Origin: Ramazzottius varieornatus
Taxonomy: Eukaryota; Animalia; Tardigrada
Direction of reading: 5' to 3'
DNA length: 64,000 nt
Assembly (NCBI GenBank): GCA_001949185.1
Contig: BDGG01000017.1
Location: 620,001-684,000, forward strand
This document shows, one piece after another, positions 47,658-60,778 of the stretch (positions are counted from its first letter, which is position 1; the number at the start of each line of letters is the position of its first letter). Below the pieces are notes generated by a model, which did no database searches, had not been told where the DNA came from, and saw only the letters and a program-made list of their open reading frames with translations. Position numbers and translations under genes: made by a program.

Positions 47658-50600
47658 ATGGCTACACCGGCTGGATTTTCCCTGCGGATTGTGCAGGCTG
47701 ATTCCTACATGGCCAAGCCCGTCCTTGGTCTGGACGCCATGCACTCAGAAGTATTACGGACACGCTCTCAAAGAGTCCCTGTTATCCGTATCTTCGGCTC
47801 CACGCCGGCAGGTGAGCGTACTTGGTTAGCCACTGGGCATGTGTACGCCAATGTGTGTTGCTCTGCAGGACAGACAGTCTGCATGCATGTCCACCGCGTC
47901 TTCCCTTACATCTATGTCCCCTATGATGGCACTTCGCCCACCGAAGCCTACATCTACAACTTTGCCCGATGCCTTAACCGGGCACTGGAAGCTGCCATGA
48001 GCATCAGCGATGTTCCGACAGAAGCCACACAGGCCAAAAAGCCTGCCCATCAACATGTCTTCAAGATCATTGTCGTCAAAGGCATGTGAGTCTGCAGCCA
48101 GCTTCAACTTCCGGTCCAGCATTCTAACTAGTGCAACAAGTACCCATCCCGTCTGTTTCTTCTAGACCCTTCTACGGATACTATGGAGAAAGTGTCCTTT
48201 TCCTCAAGATCTTCTTCTATAGCCCGCAGAGCGTCAAGCGTGCGACAAAACTCTTGCTGAGAGGCGCCATCCTTCGCAAGAGCTTCCAACCCTACGAAGC
48301 ACACATTCCTTATATCCTGCAGGTACATCACCGTGCACCCTTTAGTATGTCCTTGGTGTTTTAATTCTACTGTTGCAGTTCTTCATGGATTACAATCTGC
48401 AAGGAATGAATTTCATCAATGTGACGGCTGTGCAGTTCCGCAATCGTGATAGCCGCGGTAGGAAACGTTCCTTTTTCACACCTACCACTGCCTTTCGACA
48501 GGTTTGGCTGTAGGGGACAAAACGGAACGCTCGAAGCTGCTAAGCCGCAGTGTCTCTTCCGAGGCCGTCAGCCAGTCGTCCACCACTTTCCATGCTCCCA
48601 ACACCTTCACTGTCCAGCAGGAAACAGTAGAGCAGATGTGATTTATCCTCGTCTCTCGTTCCTGTGGATGGAACTGGTTTCTTTGACAAGCTCTTGTCTC
48701 TTACAGGGCTAACGATATCCCTCGTTCGACAACCTGCGAACTTGAAGTGGACGTGGTGTGTGAAGATGTTCTGAATCGTGAAGAGATTGAAATCAAAATT
48801 GGGACGAACCCTGGCTTGGAGGCCATCTGGCGGGACGAGAACCAACGGAGAGCCCAGCGTGGCTTGGCCCCCTTAGTCGCCGTCCCGCCATCTCAAGGTA
48901 AGGCGCTGCTGCCTTCCTCATGCCTTCTACTTGCGTGCTTGTCAAGGCAAAGCCTGTGTGTGGTCTTGTGCAGACCGAGTTAATCTTGTTCCGGCCAAGA
49001 GCGAGCAATATTTCCAGCAAAGATTGGCCATGAAATGCCGAGTGTCCAGCCCCTTACCGTATGTGAAAGGCCGCCCCTTCCAAGTTTGTTGTAGTAGGGT
49101 GTACAGTAATCATCCTTTTTAGCAAGTCAAAGGACAACGATGAAGTGGCGGAAACAGTGGCCAGGCTGGTGGAGGAAGTGGAAGTGATGAATCGTGGCAG
49201 CGTCTTGTTCGGAGTGTCCAGCCAGTCGCTGGACCTGGATGTCGACTCCTCCTTCCATCTGACACTGCACCACGACCCCGATACGCATACTAGTTCAGTT
49301 AGTCCAACCCCACCCTTTGTCCTTGTTTTTGTTGGATAATATCAGCAACAGATATTTCGTCCATCTTCAGCTGAGGAACATCAGCCAGTTGTCGATTGAC
49401 TCTGGCCAAGCGGAAATGGAGGAACTGCTAAGGGGCTTGGCTGAAGAACGGCAAGCTGCAGCCACTACAGACAGCAGCCCGTCGCAAACGCCGGCAGCAG
49501 ACTCCAAGGTAGACCGTGAGACAAGTACTGACCAGTCCATGTCAGCTACGCTTTTGACACTGCCTTCATCGGACAAGTGAGTGATTAGTCCCATTACGCA
49601 GTAAAGAACGTTGCCACAGGGGAAAAATGACTTTCTAGGACGATCGTTACTGACGTCCCTCCACCGATGACGGTGCATGGGTCTTCTTCCCCAGAAAGAC
49701 TTAGGGAAGCGACGACAGAGAGATCCGGCCATCTGCCGGCACTAACCACTCCAGCAGCTCCCGCTCACACTCAAGGGCAAGAGGCCAAAAGCGGCGCGTT
49801 AAGCTTCCGTCAACTTGCCGGTATGTCGAAACGTGGGCAGCTTGGCCTTACTCACAAGTTGTCATCTTCCGATGCCTTCCTAGGAAAAAGTGCCATGTCG
49901 AACGCGTCTCTTGGACCAGCTATGGGAAAGCAGCAACAGAAGTTACCAGCAGGAAAGAAACTTGACCGCAAGAAAAAGTCTCTGCTCAGGCCTGCACAAG
50001 GCTTTCCCAGTAGAGCCTCCATCAAGAAAACAGCAGCTCATCATGGATTGTTCCTCCATGCCAACGCTACAACGGTCTATTCGGATGTCTACCAACTGAT
50101 CGAAGAAGAACTCAAGTACGCTCTATTGTATCGCCATAGTAAACAAGTCACAGTGCTACTCCCGTCACGCGCCTGCGTACTTGCTTTCCATAGTGGGGTA
50201 ACTAGCCGGGTATATGAAGAATGTAGGTATATGAAGAATCTTGTGAAACAGTCCTTGAGCTTTCCATTTGTTGCTTTGTAGAACGAGAGAGGATAACCCG
50301 CATCAAGAGAACAAGCAGCCGTTACCGGTAGGAAGACTGTGTCCCAAGGCTTGAAAATGACCTGGTTGCTTTGAGTGTGACCACAGTTTGGTGTTGGCTA
50401 GATGGAAAGGTTGGTGGAGTTTGACAGCCACTGTATCAACTTGACTTCTTCCTCGCTCTTTGCAACGGCCATGGATTACGCTGCCGGATGGGCCGACGAG
50501 ATGGCAGAAGCTGCGGACGAGAGGGTGAAGACTGACTTGGCAGAAGAGGTTGGTGTTGAGGAAGCGGTGGAGCGACGGATGGGCTGGCTGAAGGTGGGGC

Positions 50601-53600
50601 AGAAGAGGGAAGGAAGGCTGCTGGCAAGAGGTCACAGCGGCAGCTGGAAGGTACGCTTGACACCGCTGCTGCCTTTCCCCAAACTCTCTTCCATGGATAA
50701 GGTCATGGACAGTCTGCGGGCAGCCCAGGCGAATGTTGAGCGAGGAAAAGTGCAGAAGGTGCCACCTTCGGCCACCAAAGCCCGCCACAATTCACAATTC
50801 AGAGTAAGGAGTCGGACATTTCTTCCAGCGACTTTGCTTGATCTGGCGTATTTATAGGCATTGATTGGAGACGTGTGCGGGGATGTGGCCAAGATGAATT
50901 TGGATGTGGCATCTCCGGCTGCAAAGGCGGAAGAGGCTACAGCTCAAGTTTTACACGAGGTGGGAAGTAGCATGTGTGTGATTGGTGATGTCATGCCATG
51001 TTGTACCAGTGTGTAGAGCAGTGTGTTGTGGGCTTTTTTACAGTCGGAGAATCTGTTGCTGTTGAGTATGGAGTTGCAGTGTCAGAGGCAAGGGGCAGAT
51101 GGGGGGCCGATGGCCATCGGCCTCATCTGCTACGCCCTGATGAGCGACACGGCAGAGAGCCCGGCTGACGGCATTGTCGGCTTCATCGTCCTGACCAATG
51201 AGACCTCGGCCTCCAGGGAGCGGGACAGGAAGCGCTTCCTGTCCTGGCTGGCCGGCAGAGAGACCTTCAAGAAGGTTGACATTGAGTATGTCGCCAGCGA
51301 GGTGCAGCTCATCAACAGCTTCATCGCCGTTGTTCAACGGTAAGTGACATGTCGGTCTCTTTTGAGTCATGCAGAAGGCAGTTATCATCTTTGTGGATTG
51401 TGCAGATGGGACCCGGACATTGTGCTGGGCTACGAAATCCAACTGTCGTCTTGGGGCTACCTCATTGAACGAGGCACCACCTTGGGCATCGATATGCTCC
51501 ACTCTCTGTCCCGCTTCCTCAAACCTCGTAAGTCGGCCTGGATACCATAGGAATATAGTCATAGGCTAACAGTACACCCACGACGGCAAATTGTGGGCCA
51601 ATCAAAAGAAATGATGGACCAGGCCTTTTCGCTACTGTGGTACGGAAGAACGTACCTACGTATACATTTTTCGACACTTTTCTACGGTTGATTTTCCGTT
51701 TAGCCGTCTTTGCCGCCTGGCCCATACTTTGCACTGGTCTGTACTTTCTGGTCGTGCGTGTACAGTATTGCTCCTTCTCTGTCGTAGTTGTCCATCCATT
51801 GAAGAAGCGGACGCCCAAGGCGGTGGCCGCTTGGGAAGCCCGTAAAATGTCGGAGATTCATCTTGTGGGCAGAGTGGTTCTCAACCTGTGGCGACTGATG
51901 CGCAGCGAAGTAAGCTTAAGTAGGGAAGGAAGGGGCATTTCTATGTGCAAGTGTGGCCAATGATCTACGCCCAACGGCTTGTCTCTGCCTTAATTCTGGC
52001 AGGTGACCTTGACCATCTACACCTTTGAGAACGTCGTGCACCACGTTCTGAATGTACGACTGTACCTGTACTCTCATGACACCATGACCCAGTGGCTGTC
52101 CCAACCTTTGGGCCATATCGACCGGTATTGCCTTGATGCAGTCTCAACAAACGTCGGCTTGTGCTGTCTGTAACTGATGGTGTATTTCCCTGTGTCTTGC
52201 AGCTGGAGAGCCATTGAGTACGTCATCATCAAGGCCTCGCTCAATACGAAGCTGCTGTCCAAGCTGGACATTATACGGCAAACCAGCGAGTTTTCCCGCT
52301 TGTTTGGCATCCAGTTTTACGACACACTGACACGCGGCTCACAGGTAACGGTGTGGCTATGCGTTTCGTCAATTAAGCGCAAGTGCAGTTAACAATGGGT
52401 TCAATGGTGCTTGGTATAGTATCGAGTGGAGTCGATGATGCTGCGGCTAGCCAAGCCTTTCAGCTATGTGCCCGTCTCTCCCAGCGCTCCCCAGCTGGTG
52501 GCGTAAGTGCTTCTTCTTCATTTGACCTTCTCTCCCTGCTCGATGTTTTGCAAGGGCGTATGGAGNNNNNNNNNNNNNNNNNNNNNNNNNNNNNNNNNNN
52601 NNNNNNNCAAGGGCGTATGGAGGTCCTTAAAAAGTCCGCAATTTGGCCCGTTTTCTACGATGTCGCCCGTCAGGACCGTGCCCGGCACAACCCGGACTGA
52701 CATTCCATAAAAACATTGTAGAAATGGGCCAAATCGCGGACCTTTTAGGGACCTCTACACGCCCTTGATGCTTTGTGTAAATTGGCAGCGCCTTGCAGGA
52801 TGGTGGCGCCCGAGTCGTTGCCCTTAATCTTGGAGCCCGAGTCGCGCTTGTACTACGACCCCGTCATCGTCCTGGACTTTCAGTCCTTGTACCCCTCCAT
52901 CGTTATCGCCTACAACTACTGCTACTCCACCTGCTTGGGTCGCGTAGAGCTGCTGGCCAGGTCAGTCTAGCGCTTTCCTCTTGGGACAACCCTGTCAAGT
53001 TGTAGTTTGCCTGCATAAATGTTGTGTACCTGTACTTGCAGTCAGGACTACATCAAGTTTGGGTGTACAGCCATGAAGGTGCACAACCGCCTGTGGATGC
53101 AGCGCAACCTGCCCAACCTGACCTTCTCGCCCAACGGTGTGGCCTTTGTCAAGAGCCACATCCGACGGGGTATCCTGCCGCAGATGCTGGAGGAGATTCT
53201 CAACACGCGCATCATGGTCAAGAAGGCCATGAGCCAGTACCGCCACCAGGCCACCCTCACGAAGCTGCTGCACGCTCGCCAGCTAGGCCTCAAGCTCATC
53301 GCCAACGTCACCTACGGCTACACCTCGGCCAGCTTCTCCGGCCGCATGCCCTGCGTGGAGATTGCCGACAGTATCGTGGCCAAAGCTCGTGAGACCCTCC
53401 AGGCCGCCATGCACTGCATTCAAGACCATCCACAGTGGAACGCTCGCGTCGTCTATGGCGACACAGACAGGTATAACATGATCTCATGTCGTATCGTGTC
53501 ATACAGTGTCATGTAAGAGGCTGCTGCTCTACCTACAGCATGTTCGTCCACTTACCGGGAAGATCCAAGGCCGAAGCTTTCCGCATTGGGCGGCAAATTG

Positions 53601-54973
53601 AGAAGGCCATTACCGACATAAATCCCAAACCGATGAAACTCAAGTTCGAGAAGGTAAGTCACAAAGGCAGTAAGGAAGTATCATACAGGATATACTAGTT
53701 TAATGGGCTTGTAGGTGTATATGCCGTGTCTGCTGCAAACGAAGAAGCGCTACTGCGGCTACATGTACGAGACGGAGGAGCAAGTGGAGGGCCTCTTGGA
53801 CGCTAAAGGTATCGAGACGGTGCGGCGGGACACCTGTCCCTTAGTGGCCAAGGTATGTCACTGTATTAAGGTTGGCTCCATCTAACTACTGATGCAGTTG
53901 TCCATCCTTTGCTGGCAGACACTGAGGCAGACCATCTGTATGCTCTTTGGCCAGCATTGTGACATGACGTCGATCAAGCAGTACGTCAGTCGTGTCTTTC
54001 GAGACGTCCTGTCCGGTGACGTTAGCCTACAAGATTTCGTCTTTGCCAAAGAGTACCGAGGGCGAGAGTCGTACAAAGCCGGAGCCAAAGTGCCGGCCCT
54101 GGAGATTGCCAAGTGAGTACATGCCTGCTGCCATTGACAGACTTGCAGTATCGGTGGTTGTAGGAGGCTGAGGCGGGACAAGGCTGAAGAAGGGGAGCCG
54201 CGCATCGGCCAGCGCGTCCCTTACCTGCTGGTCTATGGCAAGCCTAATGAGACGCTGATGGCCTTGGTTCGGCAGCCACACGAGGTGCTGGGCGACTTGA
54301 GGCTAAGGCCTCATGGCTTCTACTACTGCAGCCGCCAGCTGGTGCCCGTCCTCAATCGCATCCTGCTGCTACTGGGTCTGGACGCCGCCAAATGGTCAGC
54401 CATTCAAGCACCGTCTCTTGTTTTGATTCCATGCTCTCATGTCTGATGTTGCAGGCTGCTGCAAGTGCAGAAGCAGCTACTGGACGTCTGCAGAGATGGA
54501 GAAGGCTTGCAGGCAGCTTACGGAGACCTGCTGTACTACCGCCGCTTCGTAGCGCAGGTCTTTGGTGGCAACGAGCAGTGGGACATTCTCTTTGCAGCGC
54601 CTGGCCGGAGGAATGTTGGCCAAGGCCTGCGGCGGGAACTGCTGGTTGAATATTGGCGCTTGGAACGACAAGAGTACCACTTGAAAGAGGTAATGTTCAG
54701 CCTGACACTTCTATCGTACGTGAGGGCAAAGGCCATTGTTATGCTTGGTGGTTGGGTCAGATTTGTGGAGCTTGCATGGGCAGGGCCACGTCGGTGGTGG
54801 AGTGCCAGTCCTTGGACTGTCCGCTTCTGTCTCAGCACTACACAGTGCTGGCGCGCTCGGCCCGTCTACTGGCCCTGAAGGATGTGCTGCAAGGAGGAAT
54901 GGACGACAGCCAGCTCTCGGCCCCTGCTCCACCGCAAGAGGAGGAGGACTGGCTGATGCACCAGCCACACTAA
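47658..54973 (+). CDS. REV3L: DNA polymerase zeta catalytic subunit; multi-exon
   Basis: VPVIRIFGSTPAGQ, PYEAHIPYILQFFMDYNL, WDPDIVLGYE, LTRGSQ|YRVESMM, LDFQSLYPS, LKLIANVTYGY, YGDTD|S, KKRY, GIETVRRD, C-terminal CysB. Central low-complexity exons (~49800-50330) are ambiguous. Confidence 0.95.
51570..51765. mobile_element. Degenerate MITE-like insertion in REV3 intron
   Basis: Left cagtacacccacgac vs reverse complement of right ctgtacacgcacgac; subterminal caaattgtgggcca vs caaagtatgggcca; TA on the right flank only. Confidence 0.5.
52551..52767. mobile_element. hAT-like MITE (~160 bp) in REV3 intron, interrupted by an assembly gap
   Basis: ~55-bp imperfect TIRs (caagggcgtatggaggtccttaaaaagtccgcaatttggccc... 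/ ...gggccaaatcgcggaccttttagggacctctacacgcccttg); flanks atgttttg (52543-50) and atgctttg (52768-75) match at 7/8, consistent with an 8-bp TSD. Confidence 0.8.
52566..52607. other. Assembly gap (42 N)
   Basis: Run of N flanked on both sides by the same 15-mer caagggcgtatggag. Confidence 0.99.
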
Positions 54974-55866
54974 GTCTCTCCCTCCATTTATTCATCTTTT
55001 CCTTGGTCTCACCTCCTTTTGCTGATATTGGATGTCTACTTTGGCCATCAATTCTCTGCTCCTTTTCCATCCTTTTTTTCATTTCAGCCTTTTCAAAGTT
55101 TTGATCACAGGGTGGAGGATATCTTGCACAATGAAAAGCTTGAGGCTCTTTCAAATATTATCAAATATAAATATCGTCCGACTGTGCATTGTGTACAGCA
55201 GAAGAAGCGATAGCGAAAACAAGCTGTCCATGGGCTTTGTACGGTTTACAGCAAAAAGCAGCCACCTGGAACTACAAGAAAAGGCCGCTTGTAAAGTGGG
55301 ATCTTGGAGGTAGTGGCATTTCCACGTTTCCACAGCGGTGCCCGGCACGGCCTGCACTTGGGCTAGTGTAATTATGTGACTGGAAAGTGGAAGGAGCAAG
55401 ATGAAAGAGGAAGGCAATGAAAGGACCTTTGTCCTTCATTCAGCAGCCAACCCCGATGAACCAGTCCCAGCCTCTTGCGCCAACTTTCCCCATGGACTTG
55501 TTGACTTTCAAGTAGGTTTCAGCTGCCGGCGGCAGTCGCCAGTCGCCATCCTTGGTCCTTCTCCTCACTTTGCCACTGTCCTTTGGCCTTCCTCCACGGA
55601 GCAGGGCTTAGTACCATGGCCTATATTCTCATGCAGGATCAGTCGGCCAAACCATAGCGACGTTGTGTCGGGCCTATATACCTGCAGCAAAAGTGTCGGC
55701 TCTGCAGACCAGCAATAAGTCGCGGCTACGTCATTCAGTCAGAGCAGTCTTCTTCACCGGTCAAAGTACCCCCCAGCATACTTGTCCATGTGTTACTTGA
55801 CAGTCCTTCTCCATCCCATGTCATGGGTAAATCTGTCTGATCTGTTGCAGAGAAGCATAGGGCACG

Positions 55867-57526
55867 ATGGCTGGGCGCTTCCTCAGTGGCAAGGAGTACA
55901 AGCGTTGGCTAATGGAGGAAGAAGCCGGCAGGGCCAGCGAATGGCGCTTGCGCCAAGAGTTGCAAGATCAACGCATCGCCTATCACTTCCGTAGGATCCT
56001 TCACTTGAACAAGGAAATGATGGCCCTCAAGGAGGAAAACCGCCGACTACACATGGATCGCTCCTCGCTGCTGCAACAGCTGCAAGAAAGTCGTCACAGC
56101 AGCCGCAATGTCTCTTCTTTCGTCAGCCAAGTCCACAATCTGACCAACTCGCCAGACACCATCCTTGTGGCCATCCTCCAACATCTCCACGTCTGCCACC
56201 TCCAGAGAGTCTCCAGGTTTGAAGCTGTCATCATCAATAATATTATCATAGCTTTTGCTTTCTTTGCACCGATGGAACAAACTTTATCACGGCAAAGTTT
56301 GCACAGACCAGCAACCTTAGTTGCTTTGCCACGTGGACACTCTTAGCTCGGGTCAGCCATTGGGTACAGTATCATTAGACGGAGAAGTTTCTGAGCATTT
56401 TGAGCAGTGGGTAAAACAGTGGGAAAATTGTCACAATCAGAGCGCTGTAGCGGCCTGCTGTCTGTAGAGTCGAGATGGTTATGCACATTACTGCATAATT
56501 AACCCTTTGACTAACGATCAAAAACCTATACTTTGAGCTGCCTCTTAGTTGGGGAAAAATGTATAGTTTGGTCTGGTGGCTAATTTAAGGATGGATTGAT
56601 ATAGTTATGGATTGGTTCTCTTGTTTCAGAGTATGCCAACGTTGGAAGAAGCTGATGGATGAGGCAGGTAACAACGTCCACAAGAGCCCAACTATTGAAC
56701 TATCAAGTATGGCCGGTCTCTGTCCCAATAAAGCGCTGGATCGGGCGCTGGACATTGTACGAAACCAGGAAGAAGTGGCTGCCCGCTGCCTGACCATCAT
56801 CGGCCACCAGCGCTTGTTTACGGACATGCAATCTTGCCAGATGGAGGATCGACCCAGCAGCCTCAGTCTGGACTTTGCTGGGCAGCTGCCTTCCCTGCAC
56901 AGCTTGCTGATAGTCAAGTGCTCGCTGGAGCTGCGCCAGCTGCTGACGCTGCCCCACCATCTCCAGCGAGTGCAGCTGGTTGACACGCTGCTGTGCGACG
57001 CCAGTCTGACCGCCAGCGTCCACTACCATCCCACTGTCTGGCTCAATGTCCGCATTCAGAACCGAGTACTGGCCGGATGGAGTACCCAGCTGGACATGAC
57101 TCGCCAGCTTCTTCTTCGACAAGTCCTGGACCAGGCCTTGCTGCCCGAAGTGCGCAAACGTCAAGATGCCTATCCTCGCCTGGCTAAAAAGTTGCGGCAG
57201 TTTCGCCATAAGAAGACGCGCATGCAGGCTGTCTTCCATATCTTGAAAGAGTAGGTGTACAGGCCCTTGCCTTTGCTCGTATGACCATCTCTTAGCTGCC
57301 GACGAAGCAGTCTTCTCCTTCTTGTTGTAGTCGCGAACGAGATTACTGCCTAAGGACGTCATTCAGCCAAGAGGATCTGGACGCTATCGACTTGCAACGC
57401 TTGCGGCCTTCGACAGTGGCCGAGCTGCACCATCTAGCCTATAAGATCCATGGCAGACCCGGCAAAGGCAAAGGCTGGGCCGTCACCGTCCCCTACCCAT
57501 TACCACTTCATCCGCCTTCCCACTGA
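55867..57526 (+). CDS. F-box protein with N-terminal coiled coil; ends uncertain
   Basis: LTNSPDTILVAILQHLHVCHLQRVSR|VCQRWKKL forms an F-box across intron ~56217-56629, followed by a Leu-rich segment. Probable last exon is 57331-57526; alternatively the ORF stops at 57254. Confidence 0.65.
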
Positions 57527-58282
57527 TGACCAACCAATCCTTGCTCAATCTTACGCTACCTCCTACAACAACACATTTCATGGATAACCATTGGTGACAG
57601 CACCTTGTCTTTAGGATAAAGCCCTTCTCTGTTGTCACAGCCTGATTTCCTTTCCGTTGGAAAAGGCCGACTTTCATGTCTGGTAATAAATAAGATGAAG
57701 TTTTCTCTTTTTATCCTTTAGTTGGCCTTTTTGGCTGCTGCTGCTGCTGTTGCTTTTGTAGGAACCGTTGGACATCGAAAGCAACGGACCCACATCTCTA
57801 CACCATCATCTTTCGTACCTGTGTACTATTCCCACCATTTCCAGCTTGTCCTCTTGTATATCTATCTTACAATGGCTTTTGCCCTCTTCATCGCAGCTAG
57901 CTCTCTTTAAAGCTAGGGTCTCCAGCTCTTGTCTTGTCTCTTTTAAAGGCCGAAAATTCATAAAGCGATAAGGTCAGCTGCGAGTCTGTTACCATGCCCA
58001 ACTTGCCGTCCAGCTTGATCTTTCTACAGCGAAGAAAACTTCCCTTGTCTTTATGTTGCTTCTACAGGTCAAAGTCAAAAGAAATTCCTGCATCTAAGAT
58101 ACTGACAAGACAATATAGAATAAAAAGTTTCTTCCGTCCGGGATGTGTGCTTCCTTGTTGCTGACTGACAACTTTCGCATAATCAGACGGTCAAAAGTTG
58201 CAGGTCCAATCTGACAAGGAGGCATGTCGCCGCAAAGATTGAAATGTCGATGCTAGTAAGTCGGCCACTATATACTGAAGAG

Positions 58283-60778
58283 TCAGGAAAGAGGGGCAGG
58301 CTGGTCGTTGCTGCCATCCATGTCCGGGGTGTAGTTATCGTAGCTATGGTGAGGTGGGAGATGGCCAGTGTGGGAGGAGGGCGATGTGACAATGGTGCTG
58401 ACCGTCGGGCTGCACTGAGTGGGCGAGCCTCCGTCCATGGCATTGGAGGCGCTGCTGTCAGCTGCCCGAAGAGCCCGTCGTGAGGCACTAGAAGTGGTGG
58501 AAGAGGGCGGCGCCAAGACCATGTTGCCCAGCCTGCCGGAAGCGGAGGGTGATGGGAAGGCGCTGCTGGCTAACATGGTGGAAGGTCCGTAGGGCGAAGG
58601 TGAAGGCAGGCCAGAAGGATTAGGGCCAGCGTTGGGCGAGGTGCCGGCCAGGCTGACCTGACCACCTAGCAGCATCTCTTGCAGGAGACTGTCAATCTGA
58701 GCCTTACCAATCAGCTTGGCCAGCTGGATTTGCTCAATCATCTGCCAGGCGATACTCTGGAGGGCCGGAATGAGCAGTAAGAGCTCGCCAAAACGACCCC
58801 GTGACTCGTACTGCCGGTCGTTGATGTAGTCTTCCAAGTTCACCTGAATCTGGTAGCGGATATGCTTGATACGCTGTGGATCCGATAAGCCTTTGGCATC
58901 TGCCAACAGACTTGAGTTGAGTGTCACAAACTGACAGTCATATCAGATATGTACCTGGGTCGAAGAAGACGATGGCTTTGGTGCAAGCAAACTCCTTGTC
59001 GTCAATTTGGATTTCGCGGAATGGACGGATGAGCTCCTGTAAGACGCGGGCAGCAATGCGGCCAATGTCAACTTCGGTGGAGGAATGGGGGACAATCATG
59101 CTGTCGTTGCCCAGCAGGAGGATATCCTTGAGGTGAACGGAACGACGCGCCACACCCAAGATCAAGTGTTCGCCGGCATGAGCGCGCAGCAGCGCCACCT
59201 ATACAGCCCAACTCAGCCTTATTCAAAGTGGACGATGTCTGCTTCCATTGGCACTTTGATGCTGGAGAACAACAAGGTGCCTGCCTTACCTGGTCGTCCA
59301 GTGACAGTTCGCAGAAGGGTGGAATGTATTTAGCCCATTCAACCAGGATGAGCAGTTGCTGCTTCATGGAATGGCAGACGTCCTGGATGGTGGCGATACG
59401 CTTGGGCAGAACGCTAGCATCGTGGAGCAGATGCATGCCCGACGCTTGGTAATCCTACCCCATACATTGCATGCAGTTATTACAGACGTTTCATTGGTGG
59501 TGATAGTTGTACAATGTCCAAGAGCGGGGATGGTCATTCTTACCACTTGGCGAGCAGTCATCTCAGCTTGATAGATACTGTTGACCGATAAGTCGGCACT
59601 GTTGCAGTCTTCATAAGATAAACGGCGCTGGCTAATGGGGTCCCGCTCATTTTGTACTGCTATACAGGGGGAAGGACAAGTAGCGCCGTCAAAAGGTAGA
59701 ATTAAGGCTGAGAAGAAGGATGGGTGCAATGTCTTACCTTCTTTCTTCATGCCGGCTCTGAAGCACTTTTTTAAGCGGCAATATCGGCACTGATTGCGCT
59801 TGTCCTTGTCGATGGTGCAGCTGCGGCTGAAGCGGCAAGAGTAGACGTGGTTCTTCCTGACCTACGATCGAGCGGGACTGCTACTGCTGTGCAACTTGGA
59901 AGAGGTGGAGGGTGGACTTACACTGCGGCGGAAGAAGCCCTTGCAGCCATCGCAGCTGAAGGCGCCGTAATGCTTGCCGGTGGCGCGATCGCAACAGATG
60001 GTGCACAGTTGTTGGGCCGAGAGGGCGCTGTGGTGGCAGTTGGGGCTGGCCGGTGTCAGGCCGTTAAGGACAGCCGAGGTCGATGTGGGGCCACTGGGCG
60101 CCAAGCTGGTGTTGCCTTGTTGATGAAGGGGTGGTGTGTTGCAAGGTGAGGTAAAGGCCGATTGTGGCGACGAAGGACGGGATGGATGTTGTTGTCGAGG
60201 TAGCAGCGGGCCATTCATCAGCTGAAGATGGCTGGGCCCTGAGCCGGCCAGGGGGCCGTAGGGCGTGGCCAGCACACCGTTAACGGTGGGCGAGGGCTGA
60301 GCAGGCTGCAGACGCCCTATGACAAGCATGGCTTACACTTTGTACAACAGAGAGAGAAAGGCGCCTCTCAAAGGAGAGTAGTACCTTGTAGGAGGGTCAT
60401 GGGCATCAGGTTGGCATTAGCCCCGTTGAAGGCTGCTCCATTGGCGTTGGAGGATCCGGAAGTGACGTGTTGAATGACCGACTGCTGTTGCTGATAGGAG
60501 TTGACCATCTGTGAGGGGGAAGGTGGGTTGGAGGATCGGCAAGGAGCGCTCTGTTGTTGCTGGTTGGCTATCGACAGGTGCAGTGGCTGCTGCTGGCTGA
60601 GGAAGAGGGGACGATGGAGGTGCTGCGGATGAAGCTGTTGTCCAGCTGCTGTGCCGTTCTGCAGTTGACTAGGCGACGACATATGTGAGGCCATCGAGGC
60701 TGACTGCATACCCTCATCCTGATTAAGCGCTTCCTGCTCTTCCTGTTGTTGCTTCTGCCTTTCGCTTGAACTCATCAT
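58283..60778 (-). CDS. HNF4: Hepatocyte nuclear factor 4 (NR2A) nuclear receptor; multi-exon, true start may lie upstream
   Basis: [28 protein letters not shown]|VRKNH...[24 protein letters not shown]|AVQNERD; [51 protein letters not shown]. Confidence 0.97.
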
